NCBI RefSeq assembly: GCF_001194135.2
Contig: NC_068988.1
Span: 65,177,867 to 65,230,791, forward strand
DNA length: 52,925 nt
From: Octopus bimaculoides
Taxonomy: Eukaryota
Direction of reading: 5' to 3'
Made by a program: the position numbers and the translations under genes. Positions 36,448 through 48,174 of this stretch are shown one piece after another. The notes beneath the pieces are model-generated. The model was not told the DNA's origin. It searched no databases and was given only the letters and a program-made list of their open reading frames with translations. Every line of letters begins with the position of its first letter. Positions within the stretch are counted from its first letter, which is position 1.

Positions 36448-38036
36448 CTAAAAGAAATAAAAAATAAAAAATATAAAATTAGAGCTAAAAACCAATGTTA
36501 ATAAAGAGCCTGTTATTTAGCAGAGATTCCCAATGTGGTGCATCCGCCACACCAGTGAGCCTGGGAAAACTGCGGTAAGCAGGGGATCCAAATTCTTTTT
36601 TTAGGGGGAACATGGAATTGTGAAAATCTATTTTTCACAGGAAGCATACTACACCTATACTCAGCCTAACCAAACCAATCCTTCTGGTCATGCATACAGT
36701 ATGAAGACCGTTTGCTACAGTATAGTGCAATTCTAATCCCTAGTGTGGATATATCTTTAAAGTATATAATTATGAAATGTTAAAAATAAAGATTTCTTTT
36801 TTTCGCAACCACTAATGCAGAATACCTTTTCCTGGAGAGACAGTGGAGGCTGCGGGAAAATAGGTTGGGAAAAACTGAGCTAACCAATTAAAAGAGTTGT
36901 AACAATATCAGGAAGAATGTGTCACATTTGTTTTGGTTCTCTTGCACCCAGAGTTCAGATCTTGCTGAACTTTACTTTATCAATCCTGGAATGATGAAAG
37001 ACAAAATACCAGGCCAGTGTTGGTGTAGCCAAGGGTATGTATCTGTTTATGACTACATGAGTACCTACAACTGCCAGGGATCAAAGAATCACAAATGGCC
37101 CTGCTTATACTACATGCTATAGAAGTAGCAACATTTCAGAGTCATAAATGTGTAACATCCCACTTGTCACTGTGAAAGACCTTCTGTGTGTGGCTTCAAG
37201 AAGTCTCATTCACAAGTAATCAATGATGACCACAGCTAATTATCCAACACTTCAATAAAAGACGCAGTCACATGAAAGAAGATGGGACAGAAGACTTCAA
37301 ATACCTTCCAAGTGCCTGAAACTACAGAAGTGAAGTTATTTCATTGTCACAAATATGCAGACTGCTCCAAATAGCACAGAACTATTTGACCCTTAGTTGG
37401 AAGCCAGTGGGTGTCAGTTATGTGTCATGCACTCTTATCCACAAGAGAGTATTTTTGAGTATTCTTGCTTACTTGTTTTTAAGTGAGAGGTGGATGCACA
37501 CCCATCAGACTCACTTTCGTTCTCACACAATATGTATCAGAATGCAAGAAACTGCCAAAGTGCTCGAAGGCATCTCCAGACCTTTTAATATCACCTAACT
37601 TGGTAGGAGTCCAGAACATAAGATATCTCCAAATGTTTGACTTGTGTCACAGCTTCAAGCCCAGCATGGTGATATATTGCCATCTGCACTAGCTGACCTC
37701 TTTTGACCTGCTGCCATTAACTTCGAAGCTCTGGAGATGAAGGTTACTTTTTTTCTTCCATGCCTCATTTGGAAGAAATGAAAATATGTCACTGAGCACA
37801 CAAACACACACATATAACGTGCATATGTACACATTATTGGCTCGCCACTGACGCCTGAGTTCATCTGCCCTTTGACAGACCTTGACTTTCATTCTGCAAG
37901 GCATCTAAAATCACTCTTCTCACCATGAAACAGGTTATAGTATGTTGCAGTATTACCAGTTGCATACACAAGCAACTTGACATAACCTTATAAAATTTTA
38001 CACATAAAAAAAAAAACAATCAAAGTAAATACTCAC

Positions 38037-38136
38037 CAGTGGTAAGTTTATCACACTGACTTGGGAGAGTGCCACATCGAACAGTTGCACGGCCTGTACC
38101 ATCATCAAGATAGATAGTGTTATCATCATTTGAGCA
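38037..38136 (-). CDS. RMI2: RMI2 middle coding exon (100 nt)
   Basis: Acceptor GACATTTTTCAG and donor GTGAGT. Encodes CSNDDNTIYLDDGTGRATVRCGTLPSQCDKLTT+G, with the OB-fold LDDGTG strand-turn. Phases 0 and 1 join both neighbouring exons in frame. Confidence 0.92.
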
Positions 38137-39494
38137 CTGAAAAATGTCAAACAACAATTAGAAATAAAATTGCTTTATAGTTTAGTTAAGAAAGAGAAGA
38201 GTAACAAAGACATTGAGGGCCTTTGACACGAATAAGAAAATAAGAGTTCTGGTATGAGTACGTGCAAAAGAGTCCATTGTCAAAAGCATCCAAGTACCAA
38301 TGGTCATTTTAAACCAGAATATAGATTAAGTAAATCACCCAAGAGGAGACACAGCCCACTCAGACTTCCATTCACTTGCATAACTTAAGGTCAATCACAG
38401 GTTATTCTGCACAGCAGAATTGAAATCAAAACAATGAGATTGCTAAACAGACACATCTTAATCACTTGCCCATGCCTGCACCCAACATCATGATGTGAAA
38501 ACGGCAGAGTGTGTATGTTTTATTGTGATAGGTAATGAAATAAGACTGCTTTGCAATATTCATTTCAACTCTCTGCCATGGTCAACTACATTTTCTATCT
38601 TTTTGGTGGGGTCACTAGTTCAGGGAGGAAATGAATAGGTGAAATTGCTGAAGTGTCAACTTCACAATATCCATTCCAGCTTTGTGTTCCAAGCTCAAAT
38701 TCCATCTAGGTGCTAATGGCTAGAACCAATTGATTACATCCTGTAACCTGAAACTATCTGTTACAGTTGTTGGCCTACCATCTCTGCTGGTCAAACTAGC
38801 AATGGCATGCTGAAGCTTTCATGCAGTGCAGATGGACATTCTATGAAATGTTTTATGGCAAAAACATTCTCACAACTTTTCCCTTGGAATGTTTTAATTC
38901 CATTTAATCTCCATTCTCCAATACATCTTATTTTCTGGCAGCAGACAATAGTGCTTATATTGCATCTATGGAAGATCTAGTTTGCTATAGTAATGATTAC
39001 ACTCAGATCATTCAGTGAGCCTTTAAATATTACTGCATGACCAAGGCTTCAGTTGTCTTCTAAATGTTCAACTTAATTATCCTGTTGTAATGCACATATT
39101 CCATCAGACTGGTTGGCTTCGTTCTTAACTGACTGAACTTGCTATCCACTCTTCAGCCAATTCATCAATATTAAATATCAGATGGTACTGCAATACATTT
39201 TTTTCCCTTTTTTAAACCCAATGAATGAAAGCTTTTCTGCATCATTTATTTACATGTTGAAATATACACACACACACACACACACACAATGTATCTGGCA
39301 TCAGTATCAACAATAAGCATTCAGCTGTTTGATCAGCTGAACTACACACTCATTAAATTAATACATAAGTGGTTGAGTATTCCACAGACACATGTAGCCA
39401 TCAGATAATTCTGAAACCTAAACACATGACAGTTTGATAAAATGGACCTTTGAATTGCTAATATAATCTTGGCAAACTGAGACTCATGTCTCTC

Positions 39495-39800
39495 CTTTAC
39501 TTGTTTCAGTCATTTGACTGCGGCCATGCTGGAGCACCACCTTAGTGAAAGAGCACAGCAGGGTTCGTCGCCACACCCTGCTGGAGCTCCATGGAGCTTT
39601 AGATGTTTTCGCTCAATAAACACTCACAATGTCCGGTCTGGGAATCAAAACCACGATCCCGCGACCGCGAGTCCACTGCCCTAACCACTGGGCCATTGCG
39701 CCTCCACAAAATTAATTGCATAATTATTCGGAATATGAGTGGGACTGAGCACGTAACTATGTGGTTGATAAGCAAGCTACTTACCACACAGCCACAATGC
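39495..39800 (-). mobile_element. Composite SINE: A head (~39800-39735), C head (39708-39547), A tail (39546-39495)
   Basis: Each segment matches the full-length A or C copies elsewhere in the window. Confidence 0.7.
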
Positions 39801-40129
39801 TTGGGTTCATTAAAGGCTGTAACAAAACATGCTTATACAAGATTCCACAGTGGATCAAAGAACACACCTACATACCTTAAATATTCACTCACACACACAC
39901 AGAGCAATATTTCAAATATTATGCAATCGCAACACTAATTGTATTTAAAAAGCAGTAATATTTTATTTTCATCTTTATACTGCCTGTATTCAAAGATACT
40001 GATTCTCTGCTTTCTTGACCACAAATGCAATATCATTTATATCTTATATCCTGAAGAAAATTGTTCTGCTACTATCAGAGTTAACCAAGCTTAGATTAGG
40101 TAAGTCCTACCAATGTGTCATCTTAATTT

Positions 40130-40337
40130 TTTACTAGTTTCAGTCATCAGACTGTGGCCATGCCAGGGTACTACCTTGACGTGTTTTTAGTCAAATGAAT
40201 TGGCCCCAGTACTTTTTTATTTTTTAAGCCTGGCACTTATTCTGTCAGTCACTGTCCTCCACTACCACTTAACAGGTGTTGGTATGTTTACACCTCTGTA
40301 ACTTAGTGGGAATGTAAACACACCAACACCTCTCTCA

Positions 40338-40382
<45 letters not shown>

Positions 40383-40530
40383 CTACACATACATACACAC
40401 ACACATGGCGGCAGTTTCAGTTAAATCCATTCACAAGGATTTGGTCAGCACAAGGCTACAGTAGAAGATACTTGCCCAAGGTGTCACACAGTGGGAATGA
40501 AGCCAGAACCATGTGGTTGGGAAGCAAGCT
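40130..40530 (-). mobile_element. SINE type A (RMI2 intron)
   Basis: Tail, internal (TA)n and head are recognisable. Confidence 0.75.
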
Positions 40531-41184
40531 TCTTACCAAATAACCATGCTCTTGCCTTTATTTGCAATTATCTAATTTAAATACGTACACATTTTAAATT
40601 AACATTCTATAATTTAAGACATAAGAATTAAGAAATTCTATTTAATGTGTCTTTTCCATTAAATATATTAGTATAGAGAAGAACTGCTTTCAATTGCCTG
40701 ACAAACTAGTTCTTGTTTTCCTTAGAATTAATCTCAGCTAAATACATTGATCAACCTTGAACACAGATACAAAACAACAATATCTACACAAACTTTGAAT
40801 AAATGCATCGTGTCAGGCATTTGTGATTTAAATTTACGGTTAGAGACAGACGACAATAAAATAAGTGAAATAACAGGTTAGTGTAATATTTTCCCATTAA
40901 ATTCAAAGTACTAACCACATAGGTCTTGCATTTGGATGAAAGACTGCTGAAATTAATATCAATAATGAAACTGGTCACAAAACAAAGGAATTTCAAGGTT
41001 GTTCTTCATGTGCAATATATTCAGCAACTATACTACCAGACCACCAGACTTATAATTATTTTAAGCTAATATGCAGTATGCAGACATTTTACACTTGGAA
41101 GGCATGGAAACAAGACTAAACTTTCCACTCGTGAAACACCTTAATTTTCAGGAGGTGAAAAAAAAAACAAAAAAAAAAAAAACC

Positions 41185-41410
41185 CTGTGGGTGTGTGGTA
41201 AAAAGCTTGCTTCCCAACCACATGATTCCGGGCTCAGTCCCACTGTGTGGCACCTTGGGAAAGTGTCTTCTGCTATAGCCCTGGGCTGACCAAACCCTTG
41301 TGAGCGGATTTGAGAGACAGAAACTGAAAGGTGAGCTGGCAGAAACGTTAGCGCGCTGGGCGAACTGCTTAGCGGTATTTCGTCTGCCGTTACGTTTTGA
41401 GTTCAAATTC
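41185..41410 (+). mobile_element. SINE A 5' half joined to a SINE B head, ending at a gap
   Basis: A sequence up to GAAACTGAAAG, then B sequence GTGAGCTGGCAGAAACGTTAGC...GAGTTCAAATTC. Confidence 0.75.
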
Positions 41411-41789
41411 NNNNNNNNNNNNNNNNNNNNNNNNNNNNNNNNNNNNNNNNNNNNNNNNNNNNNNNNNNNNNNNNNNNNNNNNNNNNNNNNNNNNNNNNNN
41501 NNNNNNNNNNNNNNNNNNNNNNNNNNNNNNNNNNNNNNNNNNNNNNNNNNNNNNNNNNNNNNNNNNNNNNNNNNNNNNNNNNNNNNNNNNNNNNNNNNNN
41601 NNNNNNNNNNNNNNNNNNNNNNNNNNNNNNNNNNNNNNNNNNNNNNNNNNNNNNNNNNNNNNNNNNNNNNNNNNNNNNNNNNNNNNNNNNNNNNNNNNNN
41701 NNNNNNNNNNNNNNNNNNNNNNATTATTCTGTCAAATGTAATGTTTTTATTGTTTTGAATTAACCATGTATTATTTTTGTAGTTTAGAG

Positions 41790-42060
41790 CAGGGGTTTTC
41801 AGACTTTTTAACTTGCGGACCCCTTTATATTTCAGGCTTTACCTTAGGGACCCCTTATAAACACTTATGAAATTTATACATAAATATTTGCTTAAAATAG
41901 CATTTTTACATTTATTTATTTAACAGTATTTAACAAATAGGTTTATTGTCAATTAAAAGATTTCGATTAAAAAAACATATATAAAATCAAATTGCCCATA
42001 AAAAGTATTTGCTGTCCACGGACCCCCTGTGGTCCGCGGACCACAGTTTGAAAACCCCTG
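41790..42060. mobile_element. hAT (Charlie-like) MITE with perfect 8-bp TSD, nested in a piggyBac-like MITE
   Basis: GTTTAGAG at 41782-41789 and 42061-42068. TIR CAGGGGTTTTCAGACT / AGTTTGAAAACCCCTG. Confidence 0.92.
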
Positions 42061-42429
42061 GTTTAGAGATTTCAATGATGTAGTTGCTTAGTTGTGGAAG
42101 GATATTTATAGAGCTGAGGTGAGAAGCCAGATCTGGCCAGTTTCAACATGAAACAGGTCAAATATTTGGGCTAGATATTGTGCTGTTCATGTTCAAAGGA
42201 CCAGGGAAGTGTTACCTTGCTTGGAAACTGGTGATGGTTGATGACAAGAAGGACATCCAGTCATAGAAAATCTACTTGTATGAGTTTTGTCTGAACCATT
42301 CAAGTATGGAAAAGGAGGCATTAAAATGATTAAGATTCACACACACACACACATACACACGCGTTCTTTTACTTGTTCAGTTATAGAATTGTGGCTCTGC
42401 TAAGGCACAAGATAAGTGAGATAGTAGTC

Positions 42430-42645
42430 ATGGCTGATGCTGGTGTCATGTCAATGGTACCCGTGCTTGTGGCATGTAAAAAGCACCCACTACACTCTCG
42501 AAGTGGTTGGCATTAGGAAGAGCATCTAGCCAAAGAAACCTTGCCAAATCAGATCGGAACTTGGCACAGCTCCCCGACTTACCAGTTTTCAGTTAAACCA
42601 TCCAACACATGCCAGCATGTAAAGCAGATATTAAATGAAGATGAT
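42430..42645 (+). mobile_element. RTE-type 3' end, diverged
   Basis: AAAAAGCACCCACTACACTCTCGAAGTGGTTGGCATTAGGAAGAGCATC...CATGCCAGCATG...ATTAAATGAAGATGAT. Confidence 0.7.
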
Positions 42646-43598
42646 GGTCAGTTAGGAAACAAACTTCTTACCACACAGCCATGCCTGCAAAGTTAACATA
42701 ACCATTTAACCATGTCTGTTCCATACACTGTATACACACCATCAAACCTTCTCCTACAGATGCGCTTGGAGAGATACAAACTATAATAGTTATAGATTTC
42801 AAATTTTGGAACAAGGCCAGCAATTTCAGGGGAATGGGTCAGTTGATTACAATAATGATTTTTTTTTTGTTTTCACAAAGTGATGATGATTGTTATGAAG
42901 TGATGATTATTATGAAATATGGTGTTAATCATTGGGGAAAGTAGGAATCAAAGAATAGTATAACTAAAACAGAAAAGATTAAAAACTTGAATCCATTTCA
43001 ACTCCTCTATTTTACATTCACTTTTTCATGCTTGCATGGGTCAGATGGAATTTGCTGAGGTCGATTTTCTACAGCCAAATGCCCTTCCTATTGCCAACAC
43101 CTGTTTCCAAGCAAGGTAATATTTCCTCATAACCAGACAAGTTTTCATGGACAACACTTGCTTGATGATGGCACTTGTTTAAAACTATCATGTAAAGTCA
43201 AGGCAAGGAGACTTATGGGGATAATAATAATAATGGAACAACCCTCCCACGTGACGAGTGGTATGTGCTAGTCATTACAAATAATACTATGATATCAAGA
43301 ACTCAGTGTAGTCAGTCATACATAGTCATGCCTTGTCTAACTAACTATACTGCTATGCCAAAGTAGACATAACAGTCTGATGTTAGATTACAACAGAAAC
43401 AATAACACATACATGGGCTTGTTTCAGATTCTCCGTCAACCAATTTCACTCACTGGATGACACACAACCAAGGTGCCATGCAGTGAGACTGAACTTGAAA
43501 CCATGTGGTTGAGAAGCAAACTTCTTAAGCACACAGTCACACATTTGCTAAATTATAAATAATGAATATATTGACATGGAAAAGTTAATTATGCAAAC

Positions 43599-43766
43599 CT
43601 GTGTAGCAATCCCTTGGATCCAGACAACTGTGAACTGCTGTCTCTGTCCACAACATTCAATCAACCAAACTTTGCTACGTCCACTAGAAGATTCAGCAAC
43701 TGTAGAGCAATTCTTCAGTTGAGAAATAAATAACTTCCAAGAAGGTAATGCTGAGATTTTTGCCAT
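43599..43766 (-). CDS. RMI2: RMI2 first coding exon
   Basis: MAKISALPSWKLFISQLKNC...KVWLIECCGQRQQFTVVWIQGIATQ then donor GTTTGC. Matches recalled RMI2 motifs PxxKxxxxQL and VWxQG. Spliced CDS is 168+100+176 = 444 nt, or 147 aa plus stop. Confidence 0.9.
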
Positions 43767-43771
43767 ATCAT
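43715..43771 (-). other. Out-of-frame uORF (18 aa, MIWQKSQHYLLGSYLFLN*) overlapping the RMI2 start
   Basis: ATG at 43771-43769, 5 nt upstream of the main ATG, with TGA at 43717-43715. Confidence 0.55.
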
Positions 43772-43785
43772 ATAAAACACACCAA

Positions 43786-43800
43786 CTGTAAAATGAAAGA
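43786..43800 (-). promoter_or_regulatory. Probable splice acceptor upstream of the RMI2 start codon, implying an unseen 5' exon
   Basis: Minus strand TCTTTCATTTTACAG| leaves 19 nt before the ATG. Confidence 0.55.
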
Positions 43801-43916
43801 CAAAAAAAATTATGAAGGTTGAAGTGAATGATAAAGGCAGAAAAACTTGCTATAAAACTTCAAGAATATCAGAATAATTTGTCTTAATGTAAGTGTATGT
43901 GTATATATATATATAT

Positions 43917-43961
43917 AACCCATGCTAGCATGGAAAGCGGACGTTAAACGACGACGACGAC
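43917..43961 (+). mobile_element. Ultra-short RTE 3'-terminal insertion with (GAC)n tail
   Basis: AACCCATGCTAGCATGGAAAGCGGACGTTAAACGACGACGACGAC is identical to the terminal block at about 270-300 except for the tail unit. Confidence 0.8.
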
Positions 43962-43963
43962 AT

Positions 43964-44510
43964 GTGCAAAGGTCGGCTGAAAAGTTCATAGGCTGACCAA
44001 GATACTCTTATGGAAAGTAACCAAATAAGATCTCTTTTTCAACAGACCCCCCTGCAGTCCATACACTTCTTCCATCATTGTTGCAGCACTTGGATCCTAT
44101 TGATGAAGATTTCATTCTGTTGGTTGCAAAAAGTCATCAACAGTAGATATGACATCCTCATCACTATGATACTGGTTCTTGGCCAAGTGTTTTTTCATGT
44201 TGGGGAAAAGATGGTAATCAGATAGGGCCATATCAAGAGATTAGGGATGGTAATCAACCAGCCACGCACAACAATCACTGAAAGCAAGAACTTGTGCTGG
44301 AGCACTGTCCTGATAAAATAAGACCGTTTTTGTCCATTTTCCTTGGCATTTGGTCAAGATAGCCTTTTGTAACAAGCCATCACCTTCTCTGCAGATGAAA
44401 CAATGTTGGGCTTCTATGGAGAAGGTGGGGTGGGGTGTTTCTACTGCATGGATTGTCTAACTCAAAAGTGATGAACCCAACACTCAACCTGGGTTAAGAA
44501 AATGTTCAAT
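43964..44510 (-). mobile_element. Mariner transposase C-terminal remnant with one TIR-like end
   Basis: HP*SLDMALSDYHLFPNMKKHLA...YHSDEDV (compare HPPYSPDLAPSDYHLF) and WKKCMD.RG.VEK-like end. Terminal TGCAAAGGTCGGCTGAAAAGTTC resembles mariner TIRs. Confidence 0.75.
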
Positions 44511-44789
44511 GCACACCACCCAAAGGATTATTATAATTAATTACAAATTTTTGAAATTAATAACAATCCTTTCTACTATAGGCACGAGACCTGAAATTTT
44601 CAGGGAGGGGCTAGTTGATGACATCAACTTCAGTGTTTCACTGGTGCTTAATTTATTGACCCTGAATGGATGAAAGGTAACGTTGACCAGGACAGAATTT
44701 GAACAGATGGACGAAATGCTGGTAAGAATTTTGCCTGACATGCTAATGATTCTGCCAGCTTGCCACCTTAATAATAATAATAATAATCT

Positions 44790-45075
44790 GATGAAAAAGT
44801 GACACACCCGAAAACATTTGAGAAAGACAATAGAGAACAAAGATTGAACTGGAAAGTGAAAGCAATGCATGGGCAATCCCATGGAGAAATGGAAAAGACA
44901 AACATGACCAATGCCTGGAGGTGGCTAAGGAAAAGTGATCTAAAAACTATAATTATATACTATAATTATAAAACTATAATTATAAACTATAAGTTCCAGA
45001 TAGATAAGAGTAGTGCATTGCCTTTTTGTAGGATGTGCAGCATCAAAAATAAAAGTCTCAGATTGTGAGTGTAAC
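44790..45075 (+). mobile_element. R4/Dong-like LINE remnant
   Basis: WKVKAMHGQ...AWRWLRKSDLK...FCRMC resembles the WxxKxLHGQ...SWxWL...LK...CRxC region of R4-clade elements. Confidence 0.6.
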
Positions 45076-46492
45076 AAATTGGTTCAAAAAGAATACAAAA
45101 TAAGGGCTGATAATGTAGCTAAGTATGTGAAATAAGTGAAATAATTTTCACTAATTAAAGAACAAGGGCAGAAATTTTTGACAAGAGAGGGCCAATCGAT
45201 ACCTCCACCCCAGTACTTCACTGGTACTTTATCAACCTCGAAGGAATGAAAGCTAAGTTAAACTTTGTGGGATATGATTTTATAGAATGTAAAGAGATGG
45301 AATACTACAAGGCATTTTGAATAAAACATATTTGGCCATGGGGAAATATTACCTTGCTTTGAAACAGGTAAGGATTAGCTACAGGAAGAATATCTGGAAA
45401 TAGAAAATCTACTTCAAAGAATTCCATCCAACTTATGCAAGCATGCAAAAGTGGACATAAAAATAGGGATGATAATGACTTTTGTATGTGTGTAAATTGT
45501 TGAGGTAACTTTCTTTCAAAATAAACACACAATCATCTTCATACCAAACTATTTCCAAAACATTCATTTTTCTCTGTGGACTTCTTGTACATTTAACTAG
45601 TTGACAGTCCTACCACTACTTTGTAAGTACAAAGTTTGATTTCCTGATGAGTTCATAAGACTGAAACATTAGTCATTTCCACTATTTGTTAAAATAATTC
45701 TAAAAATATTAGTTACCAACCAATGTTTTTTTTTCCTCATCAGTTATTTGTAGTTAATGTTTGTTGTATTATATATACAATACTGATTGTGGTTTTTCTT
45801 CATGTGAATATCTTTGGTTTTTTTTTTAAACAACCAATTGTCCCGGGGTTTGTATCTTGACAGAGATTTCTTAGTTATTCTGAAGGCCAAACTACTAATG
45901 ACAGTGCCTGGATTACTTTTGCATCAGTTGTAGGCAAGCACTTTTCAGATTAAAAAATATATTTTTCCAAATAATTAATCCCAAACATTGAAAGAGTAGA
46001 AGTACAATGTTGAGCTAGTTATCTCTATATTATCAGTATGAAACAAACAAATATCTTTTTTTTTTTAAGTATGTGGTAGGATTTGATACAATATTCAAAA
46101 CCAGATCACAATAGATGAGACAATTTTAATACAACTTTGCACAGACTAATATTAAATAGAATGATCAATGGATGCAAAATAGTGAAACTTATCTTTATTC
46201 TCATTAAACATTTATAGCAATGAAACAGCAAAACAATACCCAGTTTGTTTGTTAGTTTAAATGGTGAATGTTGACGATGTTGGAGTTGGCATAAAATAAA
46301 CATTAAAAACATAAAAACCAAATGTATATTCAATAGATATTATCATTAGGGTGATGCTGATGATGATGATAGCATCTCAGTTTCAAAACAGCTTCCTGTC
46401 TAACCAGCATCTCTGCTTATCAAAAGCTGAACTAGCAAATGATAGATAAAGAAGAGTGCAAACAGAACAGCTAATAATGTGAGTGAGTGAAA

Positions 46493-46523
<31 letters not shown>

Positions 46524-46963
46524 CACATATGAAGATAGTGTAAGAGTGGCTATCTCAGTTGAGTAAAATGATACATTTGCAATGAAGCGGGGAGAGAGTG
46601 AGGTGAAGCAATTATCAGTTTATGATGTATTAGAGCCAGTATGAAAAGGGTTGGAAATTTGACATTAAAAAAAAAAAAAAAGAAAAAAAAGAGGGACATG
46701 TCATTATGTTTTTGGCTCTGAAAGATTATTTTGTTTGAGCACATAGCACAGATAGATTTAAAAGTATAATGGTAGACCTTAACTGTGTGTGTGTGTGCGC
46801 GTGCAAAGTATACATTCGAGCATGCATTACTTTAGTTTGCAGATATAGAAGAGTTATGTATTTTTATCTTGCACGTGTACTTCCCCACACACTGCATTTT
46901 GGACATGTGCTCCTCCCACACACACACACCACTAAAAACCACATGCCTTAGATCAAACAGTAA

Positions 46964-46996
<33 letters not shown>

Positions 46997-47329
46997 AGTA
47001 ATATGAGTGAACTCTACAATCTGACTGATCAACTTGAACAATCTAGCAGCACTGCATCACTAAAAATTAGTGATATCAGTTTAACGTCCACTTTTCCATG
47101 CTTGCTTGGGTTGGACAGAACTTACTGAGCCGGATTTTCTACAGCTGGATGTCCTTTCTGTCACCAACCCTCACTTGTTTCCAAGTAAGATAATATTCCC
47201 CACGACGAAGCAGGTTTTCATGAAATATTGGAAACAAAGGACACTGCTTGCACAACAGTGAAATTTGTTTACAACTATCAAATTCAAGGCAAGAAGATGA
47301 GAATACACAAACATGCGCACACACACATC

Positions 47330-47670
47330 TTTACTTGCTTCAGTCATTAGACTGCAGCCATGTTGGGACACCACCTTGAATTTTCAGTCACATCAATCAA
47401 CCTCAGGACTTATTTAAAGCTTGGTATTTATTCTATCCATCCCTTTTGTCAAACCACTAAGTTACAGGGACACGAACACACCAGCACTGGTTATTAAGCA
47501 GTGATGGGGACAAACACACATGGTGTGTGTGTATCTACATGACAGGCTTCTTTCAGTTTCCATCTATCAAATCCACTAAAACAGAAGACACTTGTCTAAG
47601 CTGCCATGTAATGGGACTGAATTTAGGACCATGTGGCTGGGAAGCCAGCATCTGGCCACACAGGCATGCC
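47330..47670 (-). mobile_element. SINE type A with internal deletion
   Basis: Tail (TTACTTGCTTCAGTCATTAGACTG) through head (CCATGTGGCTGGGAAGC) is recognisable. Confidence 0.7.
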
Positions 47671-47842
47671 TCTATATATATATCATCATCATTTAATGTC
47701 TGCCTTCCATGCTAGCATGGGTGGGACTATATATATATATATNNNNNNNNNNNNNNNNNNNNNNNNNNNNNNNNNNNNNNNNNNNNNNNNNNNNNNNNNN
47801 NNNNNNNNNNNNNNNNNNNNNNNNNNNNNNNNNNNNNNNNNN

Positions 47843-48060
47843 ACCTCAGTGGAATTTGAACTCAGAACGTAACAGCAGACGAAATACCGCTATGTATTTT
47901 GCCCGGCGTGCTAACGTTTCTGACAGCTTGCCACCCTTCAGTTTCTGTTAAACTAATCCATTCACTAGGCTTTGACTAGCTTGGGGATATAGTAGAAAAC
48001 ACTTGCTCATGGTGCTATGCAGTTCATGTGGTCAGGAAGCAAACGTTTAACCACAGAGCC
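47843..48060 (-). mobile_element. SINE A 5' half joined to a SINE B head, ending at a gap
   Basis: Minus strand reads A ...CAGAAACTGAAG then B GGTGGCAAGCTGTCAGAAACGTTAGCACGCCGGGC. Confidence 0.7.
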
Positions 48061-48143
48061 ACAGAAGTGCTTGCAACATGTAAAAAGCTAAAACTAAACC
48101 ATAAAAACAAAAAACAAATTTTTTGTGCTGGTGAACTCCTTAG

Positions 48144-48174
<31 letters not shown>

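Noticed and set aside
36521-36877. Possible hAT-like MITE (CAGAGATTCCCAA / TTGGGAAAAACTG)
   Set aside because: The TIR match is weak and there is no TSD, so it was not listed as a feature.
36900-37950. Higher-GC non-repetitive stretch in RMI2 intron 2 with several short ORFs
   Set aside because: No frame gave a recognisable family and stops are frequent. Possibly an old TE, but unsupported.
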